Assembly (NCBI GenBank): GCA_963705705.1
Contig: CAVPKK010000007.1
Coordinates: 224,001-288,000, forward strand
DNA: 64,000 nucleotides
Source: an uncultured bacterium
GTDB taxonomy: Bacteria > Babelota > Babeliae > Babelales > JABCYS01
Direction of reading: 5' to 3'
This document shows, in pieces, positions 1-10,134 of this stretch. Each line of letters opens with the position of its first letter. Positions within the stretch are counted from its first letter, which is position 1. The position numbers and the translations under genes are program-made. The notes beneath the pieces were generated by a model, which had not been told where the DNA came from, did no database searches, and was given only the letters and a program-made list of their open reading frames with translations.

Positions 1-1541
1 CATCACAACGATCATCGCAATTCTCTTCGCATTCACGGTCGCTTGAGCAAGCAGTAATGCGGCAAAGACGTACGTTGTCGCAGCTCAGCTCTTCACGAGC
101 ACGAGCTTTGATTTCCCAGCCAACTTGCCAGTTCCAACCACAATGTTGTAGATCGAAGAACAAGAGACCATCTACGTTCCAGTTAATCTTAGATTCAACA
201 CATGCAGTGAATTTGTCTACAAAGTTGACTAAGTTACCGGTGAAGTTACCAGCAGAATCAGCTTCTTCTAGCAAGAGGTAGCGGCTCATGCAGCCAAGGT
301 TTCTCACGTCAAAGACGCGGCACTCATGGCGCTTGAACATATAGGTTGCATACACATTACCATAAAGGTCTAAGCGTGTATCGCCATCACAGCTTTCAAA
401 GAAGCGAACGCGGCCGCGAGCACCACCACCAAGCTGCCAACGGTCGTAACCGATGGTTGGGGTGAATACAGAGCCGTTATTATTGATACGGCCTGTTGGG
501 AATACGGCACGTAGGAATAGACCAAAGAATCCGCAATCACGGTTCCAGAAGTTGTAACCCCACTGGATAGGAAGATCTGCAAGACCACCTTTGTGGAATT
601 TACCACGAAGGAAGCGAGCACCTAGCAAGCCAGGAGCTGAATGGTCACCCCATGTGTGGGTACCGCTCAATGCTTGAAGGATGGTGGTAGAACCAACTGG
701 TACTTGGATACAATCAGGATCGGTAACGGTACCTTCTGCACCTGTACCATCTTCATCATTCTCCAAATCAGCAGCCATGGTAATAGCATCCATTTGCTCG
801 ATGCAAGCAAATTGAGGACCGAGTTCAGCCGTCAAGTCGCAAGCGAAAGCATTGCCGCCTGTGTTGGAATCTGTTTCGCAGATGTCCATTTGCCATTGAG
901 TCCATGCGAATGGTAACTCAAGATCAAACCACATACCTTCAACCCAACGATCCAAGCCTACATAGATAGCAAGATCAGGGATCACGTTACGAATCTTAGG
1001 TTCAATCGTAATCCAACCAGCAAAGGTTGATGATAGACCAAGATCAACGTTACGAATATTGGTAGGGAAGGTAGAGCCTGTTTGGCCTAAATCAGGACCA
1101 ACAAAGATTCTGTTTGATCCGTTTGCACCAAAATAAGAACCAAGACGAGCGTTATCGAACGTCTGTTGGTATTCAACTACAAAATCCGCGTGAAAGTTCC
1201 AGTCTTCTTCATCAGCAAGATCTTGCAAATGAGCTACACCAGCGAAACGACGCGCTTGGTTTTCAGCTTGTGAGAATGGTAGGAACACGGTTTTGCAGTA
1301 GCTATAACCATCGCAGGTGCTGTTTTGTTTAAAATCACAGCACTCTTGCTCACAGTCATTTTGACAGCCGTTGCTTTTACCACAACCGCTGTTTACATCC
1401 CCGCAGCCAAGGCTTTCGTTGCCACAGGCAGATGCGAGATTCATAGAAACATTGTCGCAGGCATTGCAATCATCTGCAAGTAATGTTCCTCCCGCAAGCG
1501 CTGGAATAAGCGCTAGAAAAAAAGATATTACGTGAGTTCAT
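1..1541 (-). CDS. Cys-rich secreted/outer-membrane protein (partial, runs off the window start; apparent frameshift in its signal peptide)
   Basis: Not in the ORF track. Hand translation shows a stop-free minus frame from 1516 to 2 (...LALIPALAGGTLLADDCNACDNV...CGWNWQVGWEIKARAREELSC...). AAGGAG RBS plus ATG at 1541 joins this frame only if the T7 tract at 1517-1523 is T6. Confidence 0.8.
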
Positions 1542-2237
1542 AAGATACTCCTTTTCAGATCCTTGTAAGGATTGAAAATTGACCTAATTGCTCAGAAGAC
1601 ACCATGCCTTCTGTTATTTTACGTATCGATAACATTTGAAACAGTGATGTTATTGATACGCTCTTTGTTGAGCTCAGCATGTTCTTTAAAAAATTTTTAT
1701 CCTGATTCTCGCTGCAGAACTGCTTGAGCATATGGAATTCTATTTATTAGGTACCGTCCATCCTCCTTCCGTTGAAATTAATTTTGTATTCCAAGATTGA
1801 TTCCATCGGTAATCCGAAGTCACCAATCTGTGAATTCAATTTATAACTCTAGATTAAATGTAGCAATTTTTCAACATTTCTTCTAAAAATCGCGATTCAT
1901 GGCTTCGCAACGCTATTTTCTTGTGCAAATTATTTGATCAAACAGCCGATGCTCTCCCATTTTGTAGAATTTTTTGATTGATTTTTTCGTGCACCTAATA
2001 TAGCGACAACGTGGCGAGTGGCAAGTTAGCAGAAAAATAAAATTGGTTTCGCGTTGCGCTCCTATCCTTTTGCCCAAACTCACCCTGCAAGGGGACCCGA
2101 GTTTGGGGGCCCGGAATTCGGAAAGACTGAGTACGAGCGGATTTCTGCGCGTGGCAAGTTCGCAGGTGAAAGATTTTTTTTGCACTTGCTATACTGTATT
2201 ACATCATTGATCAGCACAAAGCTATGCGAAAGATGTC

Positions 2238-3011
2238 ATGATTACCCTATTAGCAATCATCGTCACGCAAATTATTATTGAGAGTTTGCCAATCAGCAGT
2301 AGCAGCCATGTACGAGCTGTTGTTAATTTTTTAGAATCGTATGGTTTTGCATCACCGCCACATTATATAATTCCGTATATGTGTGATCTGCTGCACGTGC
2401 CTACGTTGATTATTTTTGCACTCTTTTTTTATGATCGCTGGCAGCCGATCTTTGCGCAGCTAATTCATGGCTCCTTCAATATTCATATTTTGTATATTGC
2501 ATGCGCAAGTGCAGTTACCGTACTTTGGTATTTATTTTTCTCCCATGTGTGGGACAAACAACAATTTCCAACATGGTGCGGTTTGTTAATCACATCTGCA
2601 TTATTAGGCTCATCATTGTTTCTCAATACGCAAAAAATGAATGCATCATTTTCGTGGCGCATTGCATTGCTTCTTGGCTGTGTGCAGGGCATTGCATTAT
2701 TACCGGGTATTTCACGGTTGGGTGCCACAATAATATTCGGTTGCTGGCTTGGGTTACCGGCTCAAAATGCATTTGCAGCATCTGTGGCTATGCAGGCGCC
2801 TTTAATTCTGGCTGCAGCAATACGGAGCGTATTCTACTTACTAAAGTGGGGTTTCTTAGGCCAATTCTTGTATCCAACAACCATATTAGTTATGGTGATA
2901 TCAACTATAGGTGGATACTTTGGATTATGGCTGACCTATGCCTTGACAATACAAACTATGCTGTGGGTTTTCGCACCATATGTATTGTTGTTTGCGCTAT
3001 TTTTTCTGTAG
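2238..3011 (+). CDS. uppP: Undecaprenyl-diphosphate phosphatase (UppP/BacA)
   Basis: ESLPISSSSH and QGIALLPGISRLGAT motifs; polytopic membrane protein. Confidence 0.9.
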   Translation: MITLLAIIVTQIIIESLPISSSSHVRAVVNFLESYGFASPPHYIIPYMCDLLHVPTLIIFALFFYDRWQPIFAQLIHGSFNIHILYIACASAVTVLWYLFFSHVWDKQQFPTWCGLLITSALLGSSLFLNTQKMNASFSWRIALLLGCVQGIALLPGISRLGATIIFGCWLGLPAQNAFAASVAMQAPLILAAAIRSVFYLLKWGFLGQFLYPTTILVMVISTIGGYFGLWLTYALTIQTMLWVFAPYVLLFALFFL

Positions 3012-3068
3012 CAAAGGTATGGCTTGAACCAAGTTCTATAGCATCCATCTGCAAAAAAAGGAGCAGCA

Positions 3069-5450
3069 ATGGCATATGCACGGAAGCAACAACGTTCAAT
3101 TTTTCATCTCTTAACTCTTTTACGACCATTAACACCGCTTATAATAGGCGCAACCGCATTATTTGTTTTCATCTCGCTGATTTCATTTACCTCATCTGAT
3201 CCGTCGTGGTTCTCGCAAAATAGCATAGCCATGCAAACAAGAAATTGGTGTGGCGTTGCAGGTGCACATTGCGCGGCATTATTTATATATGTGTTTGGTG
3301 GCTGGGCAATTATGATTCCACCACTAATGATAGGTTCTCTATTTTTTGCGCATTGCGGTGATCGGATTCTTGGCGCGATCTTGCTTTTAGCAGTGGGAAC
3401 AACCTGGTCAGCACGATATCATATTGATCTGCCACATATAACAGCTGGCGGATTGCTTGGCATTACATTGCAAGCCTTGGAAGCCCGATGGTTTGATGCT
3501 TTCGGCAGTTTTATTGTATTACATACCTTATTATTAGCTACGATATTATTAATAACACGAATAACGCCTTTAAGGTTGCTTGAGTGGATTTATGCGATCG
3601 GGCAAAAAGGTTTTGGAGCAGCCCAGATTCAAAAGGCAGGCGAACAAAATCCATCAGCTGCATCAAAATTATCTCGTACATGGTCATTTGTTTCATACAT
3701 TGGATCATCCATATCTCAATTTTTCGGATGGGTATACAAATTGGCCCTTAGTACATGGAAATGGTTAATTGATCTTTTGCGGGGGGAAGCGGTAGCACAG
3801 GCACCAACGTCAATTTTCTCTTTCGAAGCTGCAATGCAGCAGGATGTTACTCTCGATCCACATGATACGCACTGGGATTTAAGTAAAGCGATGAGTTCTG
3901 TTACCACAATGCCGCCAGATATTGCACCCATAGCTTCGGCGTCGCCGATATCGTTCATAGAAAAAGAGGAACAAGCTGAGATTGAACCTGCTAATGCCAA
4001 TCAAACATCTGAACCATCGCCGGAACAAGAATATCAATTGCCTGACACCCACATGCTTTTTGGTGCAACTGAACAACATGCAGAGGATAAAAAACAGCAA
4101 GCTTTCTTAAAAGAGCGTGCAATGCTCCTCGAGGAAAAACTAGAACGGTTTGGCATTACAGGAAAAGTTACGACGATTAAACCTGGTCCGGTTGTAACTA
4201 TGTTTGAATATAAACCTGCCATAGATACCAAACTCAGTAAGATTATTACATTGGAAGATGATCTTGCTTTAGCTTTGCAAGCAGTAAGCATTCGAATTAT
4301 TGCACCGATTCCTGGAACGGCATTTGTTGGCTTTGAAGTAGCAAACCAACAACGCACGGCAGTATTACTACAGCAATTGTTATGCAGCCAAGAATTTAAG
4401 AATACGTCGGCATCAGTACCGTTAGTATTAGGGGTAAATACCACAGGGGCTCCGGTTGTTGCCGATCTTACGCGCATGCCACACTTGCTCATTGCTGGTT
4501 CAACTGGCTCAGGTAAATCAGTTGCATTGCATGCCATATTAATGAGTATGTTGTGCAACAAAAAACCAAATGAATTAAAACTGATGCTCATCGATCCAAA
4601 GCGTTTGGAGTTTACCAGCTATAGCGATATTGGCCATTTGCTTACGCCGGTAATTACCGATCCACGAGTTGCCATCTGCGCATTGCGTTGGGCAGTACGG
4701 GCGATGGAAGACCGATATAATCTGATGGCAAAAGCCAAGGTGCGTAATATTGCTGAATATAATGAACTCGTTCCGAAAATGCCGGCAACCGAAGCGGGAC
4801 CGGTTTTGCCAATACCTTATTTGGTTATCATTATTGACGAATTAGCGGATTTAATGATGACCGCAGGAACTGATATTGAGGAAGCGATTACGCGATTATC
4901 ACAAATGGCGCGAGCTGCTGGCATCCATTTAATAGTTGCTACGCAACGTCCATCAGTTGATGTGATCACTGGCCTTATTAAAGTTAACTTTCCAAGCCGT
5001 ATTGCCCTACGCGTAACATCTAAAATTGATTCACGTACAATTATTGATGCTGTCGGCGCTGAAAAATTGTTGGGGCGCGGTGACCAACTATTCATGGATG
5101 CACAAAACGCCGTCACTACACGAATACATGGCGCATACGTAGGCGACAAGGAAATTAATGCGGTCGTTGATGCGATAAAAACACAAGGGCCTCCGCAATA
5201 CCTTGATCTTGGTGCCGTAATTGCCGCTGGAGAACCATCAGATATCGATGAAGAAGATGATGAATTGTTCCAAGAAATTATACAATTCTTGGCAGAAGTT
5301 GATGAAATTTCAATTTCATTGCTACAGCGGCGATTCAAAATCGGCTATAACCGTTCGGCAAGAATTATGGACGTACTACAAAACATGGGCAAAATTTTGC
5401 CAGCTGACGGCGGTAAGTTGCGCAAAGTGGTAAAGCAAGCAAATAGTTAG
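3069..5450 (+). CDS. ftsK: DNA translocase FtsK
   Basis: N-terminal TMs, PHLLIAGSTGSGKS Walker A, IIDELAD, ATQRPSVDVITG, gamma domain SLLQRRFKIGYNRS. Confidence 0.97.
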   Translation: MAYARKQQRSIFHLLTLLRPLTPLIIGATALFVFISLISFTSSDPSWFSQNSIAMQTRNWCGVAGAHCAALFIYVFGGWAIMIPPLMIGSLFFAHCGDRILGAILLLAVGTTWSARYHIDLPHITAGGLLGITLQALEARWFDAFGSFIVLHTLLLATILLITRITPLRLLEWIYAIGQKGFGAAQIQKAGEQNPSAASKLSRTWSFVSYIGSSISQFFGWVYKLALSTWKWLIDLLRGEAVAQAPTSIFSFEAAMQQDVTLDPHDTHWDLSKAMSSVTTMPPDIAPIASASPISFIEKEEQAEIEPANANQTSEPSPEQEYQLPDTHMLFGATEQHAEDKKQQAFLKERAMLLEEKLERFGITGKVTTIKPGPVVTMFEYKPAIDTKLSKIITLEDDLALALQAVSIRIIAPIPGTAFVGFEVANQQRTAVLLQQLLCSQEFKNTSASVPLVLGVNTTGAPVVADLTRMPHLLIAGSTGSGKSVALHAILMSMLCNKKPNELKLMLIDPKRLEFTSYSDIGHLLTPVITDPRVAICALRWAVRAMEDRYNLMAKAKVRNIAEYNELVPKMPATEAGPVLPIPYLVIIIDELADLMMTAGTDIEEAITRLSQMARAAGIHLIVATQRPSVDVITGLIKVNFPSRIALRVTSKIDSRTIIDAVGAEKLLGRGDQLFMDAQNAVTTRIHGAYVGDKEINAVVDAIKTQGPPQYLDLGAVIAAGEPSDIDEEDDELFQEIIQFLAEVDEISISLLQRRFKIGYNRSARIMDVLQNMGKILPADGGKLRKVVKQANS

Positions 5451-5513
5451 TATTCTTTTTTTCCCCCAAACTTACCTTTAAGAGTTTGGCCCCTGAAACT
5501 GGGATTAAAAAAA

Positions 5514-6956
5514 TTGGATACACACATGATTACACCCACCACCAATTCGCCGCAACAAACATCGCAGCCATCGCCTCATGAGTTAAATCAGGCGTGGTTA
5601 TCCGAAGCAATTCCAGGCTCTGCGCTTGTACAAGGTATTTTTTCTTTACCCATTACCTGCTCAATCGATACCCGCAACATTAAACAAGGTGATTTCTTTA
5701 TCGCCCTGCCAGGATCAAAAGTTGATGGTCATGAATTTGTGGCCGATGCACTTGGTAAGGGTGCATCAGGCATTATGCTTGCGCATGACAAAAAAGAACT
5801 ACTACAAACATTAAAATCACTTATAAAAAAAGAAACTATTATCATCCTAGTCCCTTCACCACTGGATGCTTTATTGCGCTTAGCCCATGCGTGGCGCAAT
5901 TGCTTTAATATACCGATTATTGCCATTACCGGTTCGGTTGGCAAAACGAGCACTAAAGAGTTGCTGGCAGCTATTATGGCGCGTCATGGAAAAAAATATT
6001 ACGCCTCCCAGAAGAATCAAAATACTGCCATTGGCGTTGCCATGAATATATTGGCTATGGACCAGAGTTTAGAGGGTGCTTTTTTTGAGGTAGGTATTTC
6101 CCGACGATCTGAGATGGGCAGCATAACGCAGATGTTACGACCGACTAATGCACTCATTACTACGGTGGGACATAGCCATATGAGCGGGCTGGGCGGCGTT
6201 AAGGATATCGCAGCAGAAAAGCGCAAAGTATTTAGCTGTTTTGGCGAACATGAAATTGGCTTTGTGCATGGCGATATTCCGGCCATTGGACGCGTTGCCT
6301 ATCATCATCCAATTATTAAGTTTGGCATGAAAAGCAACAACCAAATTCAAGCACGCAAGATTGTTGTGGGCGCAACATCCATCAATTTCGTGTTAAAGAT
6401 TTATGGCGAAAAATTTAAGGTGGAATTGCCAACGCCGCATACCGGTATGATTATGCAAGCGCTTGCTGCGGCGGCAGTTGCCACTCACTTAGGCGTACCG
6501 CCAGCCATCATTTTAACGAGCTTATCACAGTTGCCCGTCGTCCCAGGGCGCTTTGAACGCCGGCCACTGACTATTGGGTCCGGCTGGATGTATAATGATT
6601 GTTATAATGCGAACCCCGAAAGCATGAAAGCCGCACTGCTGGCATTTACCAAATTGCCAACAACCGGTAAGAAAATTGCGATTTTGGGAGATATGCTTGA
6701 TCTAGGTGAAACTAGCAACTTCTGGCATCGCCAAATCGGCCGCTTCCTGCGCAAAACGACTATTGAACATCTAATTTTAGTGGGCAGCCAGGTACAATGG
6801 TTAGCAAAAACCAGACCCCCGCATATTACCTGTGATATTGTTCCATCCTGGCAGGATGTGTTGCCAGTTATGCAGCCATGGTTAGATAAAGAACTTTTAG
6901 TGCTGATTAAAGGTTCACGAGGCATGTCACTGGATAAATTGGTTGAGGTGCTATGA
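5514..6956 (+). CDS. murF: UDP-MurNAc-tripeptide--D-Ala-D-Ala ligase
   Basis: IDTR, DGHEF, ITGSVGKTSTKE, NDCYNANPES, LGDMLDLG, KGSRG motifs. Confidence 0.95.
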   Translation: MDTHMITPTTNSPQQTSQPSPHELNQAWLSEAIPGSALVQGIFSLPITCSIDTRNIKQGDFFIALPGSKVDGHEFVADALGKGASGIMLAHDKKELLQTLKSLIKKETIIILVPSPLDALLRLAHAWRNCFNIPIIAITGSVGKTSTKELLAAIMARHGKKYYASQKNQNTAIGVAMNILAMDQSLEGAFFEVGISRRSEMGSITQMLRPTNALITTVGHSHMSGLGGVKDIAAEKRKVFSCFGEHEIGFVHGDIPAIGRVAYHHPIIKFGMKSNNQIQARKIVVGATSINFVLKIYGEKFKVELPTPHTGMIMQALAAAAVATHLGVPPAIILTSLSQLPVVPGRFERRPLTIGSGWMYNDCYNANPESMKAALLAFTKLPTTGKKIAILGDMLDLGETSNFWHRQIGRFLRKTTIEHLILVGSQVQWLAKTRPPHITCDIVPSWQDVLPVMQPWLDKELLVLIKGSRGMSLDKLVEVL

Positions 6957-7840
6957 CTTATCACAAACCGGTGCTCGTTAAAGAAGTTATTGAGTATCTA
7001 AACCCACAACCTAAAAAGGTATATCTCGACGCTACATTTGGTGGTGGCGGGCATACACGCGCTATTTTGGAAGCGGAGCCAAACTGCAAGGTTTTCGCTT
7101 TGGATTGGGATACACAAGCATTAGAATTGAATGGTGAGCCCCTGCAACAAGAGTTTCCCGATCGCCTGACTCTGGCTTGGGGTAACTTTACGAATGCAAA
7201 AAAACTATTGGCTGATAAAGGCATTAAAAAAGTAGATGGGATCCTAGCCGATTTTGGCACGTCACAATTTCAGATTTTCGAGCGGGCTGGTTTTTCATTT
7301 CTTCGCGAATCACCGTTAGATATGCGCATGTCACCTGCCCATCAAAAATTAACAGCTGCGGAATTGATCAATAGAGGCAGTGAGGAAAAGCTGAGTGATA
7401 TTTTTTTTGAACTTGGCGAAGAGCGATTTGCGCATCGTATTGCAGCAGCCATTGTCGAAGCTCGGAAACGCACGCGCATTAAAACCACAACCCAACTAGT
7501 AGACATCATTAAGCAAGCGGTGCCTGTTTCTTACGCAAAAGGACGAATACATCCTGCAACCCGAACCTTTCAAGCATTGCGAATATACATCAATCATGAG
7601 CTTGATAACATTAAAATGTTTTTGCCAACAGCATGCTTACTACTTAATCCAAAAGGAAGATTGGTTTTGATCAGCTTTCATTCTTTGGAGGATCGCATGG
7701 TCAAACAATTTTTCAAACAAAAAGAGATTGACCGCGTTGCAAAAATTATTACAAAAGGTGCAGTTGAAGCTACTGAAGAAGAGATCCGCGAAAACCCTTC
7801 TTCACGTTCGGCAAAACTGCGTGCAATAGAAATGCTATAA
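6953..7840 (+). CDS. rsmH: 16S rRNA m4C1402 methyltransferase
   Basis: HKPVL, DATFGGGGH, PLDMRM, HPATRTFQALRI, SFHSLEDR, SRSAKLR. Confidence 0.97.
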   Translation: MTYHKPVLVKEVIEYLNPQPKKVYLDATFGGGGHTRAILEAEPNCKVFALDWDTQALELNGEPLQQEFPDRLTLAWGNFTNAKKLLADKGIKKVDGILADFGTSQFQIFERAGFSFLRESPLDMRMSPAHQKLTAAELINRGSEEKLSDIFFELGEERFAHRIAAAIVEARKRTRIKTTTQLVDIIKQAVPVSYAKGRIHPATRTFQALRIYINHELDNIKMFLPTACLLLNPKGRLVLISFHSLEDRMVKQFFKQKEIDRVAKIITKGAVEATEEEIRENPSSRSAKLRAIEML

Positions 7841-7846
7841 AATTCT

Positions 7847-7875
7847 TTGACAAATAGTGTAGGTGCAGATACATT
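7847..7875 (+). promoter_or_regulatory. sigma70-type promoter upstream of spoVG
   Basis: TTGACA-17 bp-TACATT. Confidence 0.6.
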
Positions 7876-8103
7876 GTGCCGCATGTTTTGGATGCTTTGA
7901 AACATTGCGAAAGAGGTAGAGTCGAAAATTTGGAACAGTAGTGAAGCACATTATCTCACGCGATTTTTCCAAAAATCCTAGTTTAAAATCGGCAGCAGCT
8001 ATTCTTGCCAATGTTCAATTGGAAGAAGAAGCAGCAAACCTGGTAGGTTTGAGTTTTAGGTAATGAGACAGCGAGTGTTTAAAACGGATCATCAAGGATT
8101 GAA

Positions 8104-8403
8104 ATGTCGAAAGTACTAGAAATAACCGAAGTAACGGTTTTTCCTGCCCGAGAAGGCGGAAAACTGCGGGCATTTGCAACCATTGTTTTTGAAAATTGCT
8201 TCATCATCCGAGACTTAAAAGTCATCGAGGGCGAACGTGGATACTTCGTCTCAATGCCGTCTCGCCGCCGAAAAGACGGCACCTTTAAGGATATAGTTCA
8301 TCCTCTCAATGCCGAAACAAGACAACGTGTTGAAGAGCATATCATCAAAGAATATCACCGACTGCTCGAATCAAACTTTGCACAAGATGAATTAATCAGT
8401 TAA
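8104..8403 (+). CDS. spoVG: SpoVG-family nucleic-acid-binding regulator
   Basis: EITEV...KLRAFATIVF...FVSMPSRRRKDGTFKDIVHPLN. Confidence 0.93.
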   Translation: MSKVLEITEVTVFPAREGGKLRAFATIVFENCFIIRDLKVIEGERGYFVSMPSRRRKDGTFKDIVHPLNAETRQRVEEHIIKEYHRLLESNFAQDELIS

Positions 8404-8467
8404 AATTACCCTCCGTTTTACATTATATAGCGGTTGTTAAGAAACAACCGACATCGTTTTATCTTCT

Positions 8468-8539
8468 TGGGGCGTAGCCAAGCGGTAAGGCACCAGGTTT
8501 TGGTCCTGGCATGCGGAGGTTCGATCCCTCCCGCCCCAG
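8468..8539 (+). tRNA. tRNA-Gln(TTG)
   Basis: TGGGGCG...CGCCCCA acceptor stem, CCAGG-TT-TTG-GT-CCTGG anticodon arm, GGTTCGATCC T-arm; CCA not encoded. Confidence 0.96.
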
Positions 8540-8548
8540 CTTTATTAA

Positions 8549-9031
8549 TTAATCTTCGTAATCAATTTCCCAATCAGGGATCCCGAGTTGGTCCCCAACA
8601 TCCTTTTTCTCATTTTTTGAATTATTTGATAGAGCGGGTAATCGGGGTGTACTATCTTTTTTTATGCGAGATTTGATTTGCATTAACTGATGGGCATCTT
8701 CTTTTATAACCGCTTTGGCAATATTTTCGCGCTCGCTCAGCTCATCGGAAACTTCATCAAACTTATCATTCAGCTCTTTTTGCAGTTTTTTAACCTGCCG
8801 TTGAAGCTTCATAACCACCTCTACTCCGGCCAGGTTCACACCCAATTCATGAGTAAAGTAAAGAACCTGTTCTAGGCGATCAATATCTTCCTCTTCAAAC
8901 ATGCGCGTGCCACCTGGCGTCCGTTTGGGCAATATGAGCCCTTGCTGTTCATAAAAACGAATCGTCTGCGGATGGATTGAAAACATCTGCGCTACAGCTG
9001 ATATCGAATAAAAACCTTTTTTTCTTCTCAT
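8549..9031 (-). CDS. MerR-family regulator, HspR-like
   Basis: YSISAVAQMFSIHPQTIRFYEQQGLILPKRTPGGTR...ELGVNLAGVE; start moved to ATG 9031 (GGAG RBS). Confidence 0.85.
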   Translation of the reverse strand: MRRKKGFYSISAVAQMFSIHPQTIRFYEQQGLILPKRTPGGTRMFEEEDIDRLEQVLYFTHELGVNLAGVEVVMKLQRQVKKLQKELNDKFDEVSDELSERENIAKAVIKEDAHQLMQIKSRIKKDSTPRLPALSNNSKNEKKDVGDQLGIPDWEIDYED

Positions 9032-9129
9032 AATGATGAAACTCCAGTTCCAAGGTTGGTCCCAGGCTAGCCTGAAACAGGAAACTAGCATATATTTTAA
9101 GACTCACAATACAACATGGAAGACATATT

Positions 9130-9795
9130 ATGAACACCCTACAGCATACTTTTTTCATATTTTTAATCGCATCAACCCCTCTATGTGCCGGCTCTAAGAA
9201 GGAAACATTTGTGCGCCTGGTACAAGAAGATATCAATGGCACCATGTTTACCCATCGGGCCAAGGTACAAGAAGGCAATATTGAGGATACTTGGACTATT
9301 AATGGCAAGCATGTTGATGGTGATGAATATGAGGCTACATATCTCAAAGCCAAAACCGCCGAGCTCCAACAAGAGCGGCAACTACGCGAACAACAGAATC
9401 GCCAGCATGAAATGGAAATTGCGCAGCAGCAGAAATTTGCAAAATTGGCACGTATTGGCATTCATAAACGAACACTACACGAGGCTATCGAACTTACTGA
9501 GCAGGAGCTCCAAAAATTAAATGATGAGCGACTGACACCCTATCGGGTGTTTGATGTAACCACTTATCCAAGTCAGGAGCATTTGTCGCAGCTCAATCGC
9601 CAGCTCAATAAGGCCAAGCAAATCGTTGCCGAAAATGAAGAAGATCTAACTGAGCGCAGTATTGTTCAAATATGCCAAGACCTGGCCGATCACCCCGGAC
9701 GCCTGCGTGAGTTTTATCGAGCTTCAATTAAGCAGGCTATTAATACCTGTGATAATACGCAGCTGCTTAAGGAATTCTTGGAACTGCTAGCCTAG
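9130..9795 (+). CDS. Secreted hypothetical protein (coiled-coil)
   Basis: 221 aa ORF with signal-peptide-like N-terminus. Confidence 0.75.
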   Translation: MNTLQHTFFIFLIASTPLCAGSKKETFVRLVQEDINGTMFTHRAKVQEGNIEDTWTINGKHVDGDEYEATYLKAKTAELQQERQLREQQNRQHEMEIAQQQKFAKLARIGIHKRTLHEAIELTEQELQKLNDERLTPYRVFDVTTYPSQEHLSQLNRQLNKAKQIVAENEEDLTERSIVQICQDLADHPGRLREFYRASIKQAINTCDNTQLLKEFLELLA

Positions 9796-9802
9796 ATAAA
9801 CA

Positions 9803-10134
9803 GAAGATGTATATCCCTGGCAACCATAGCAAGTCCCGCAAGGGAAAATGCGAGGAATGGTACTCCTATAATAAGGAATACTACTCAAGCCGAAGGCGTA
9901 CATCCACAGCGACCATAACGAGTCCCGCGAGAGAGGAAGCGAGTTAATGGTACTCCTAGAATAAGAATGACTACTCAGGCCGAACGAATACATCCACAGC
10001 ATCCATAACAAGTCCCGTGAGAGAGGAAGCGAAAAATAGCACTCCTATAATAAGGAATACTACTCAAGCCGAAGGAGTACATCCGCAGCGACCATAACGA
10101 GCCCCGCGAGAGAGGGAGCGAGGAATGGTATTCC
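9803..10134. repeat. Intergenic tandem repeat, ~3.7 copies of 89-90 bp
   Basis: Units start at 9803, 9892, 9982 and 10071 (GAA..TACATCC.CAGC.ACCATAAC.AG.CCCG.GAG...TACTCCTA.AATAAG...CTACTCA.GCC). Confidence 0.93.

Noticed and set aside
57..1332. Short ORFs listed in the track
   Set aside because: They overlap the long stop-free minus-strand frame of the envelope protein.
1913..2281. ORFs of 90 and 75 aa and a GC-rich patch with GTGGCAAGTT repeated at ~2018 and ~2151
   Set aside because: No recognisable protein or RNA motif; too weak to call.
2501..3199. 232 aa alternative-frame ORF over uppP/ftsK, and similar overlapping or antisense ORFs elsewhere
   Set aside because: They overlap well-supported genes and have no motifs.
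9803..10134. CRISPR array
   Set aside because: Whole units are homologous, with no unique spacers and no cas genes.
9032..10134. HAIR operator for the HspR-like regulator
   Set aside because: Only ACTCAAG half-sites occur in the repeat; no CTTGAGT-N7-ACTCAAG was seen.
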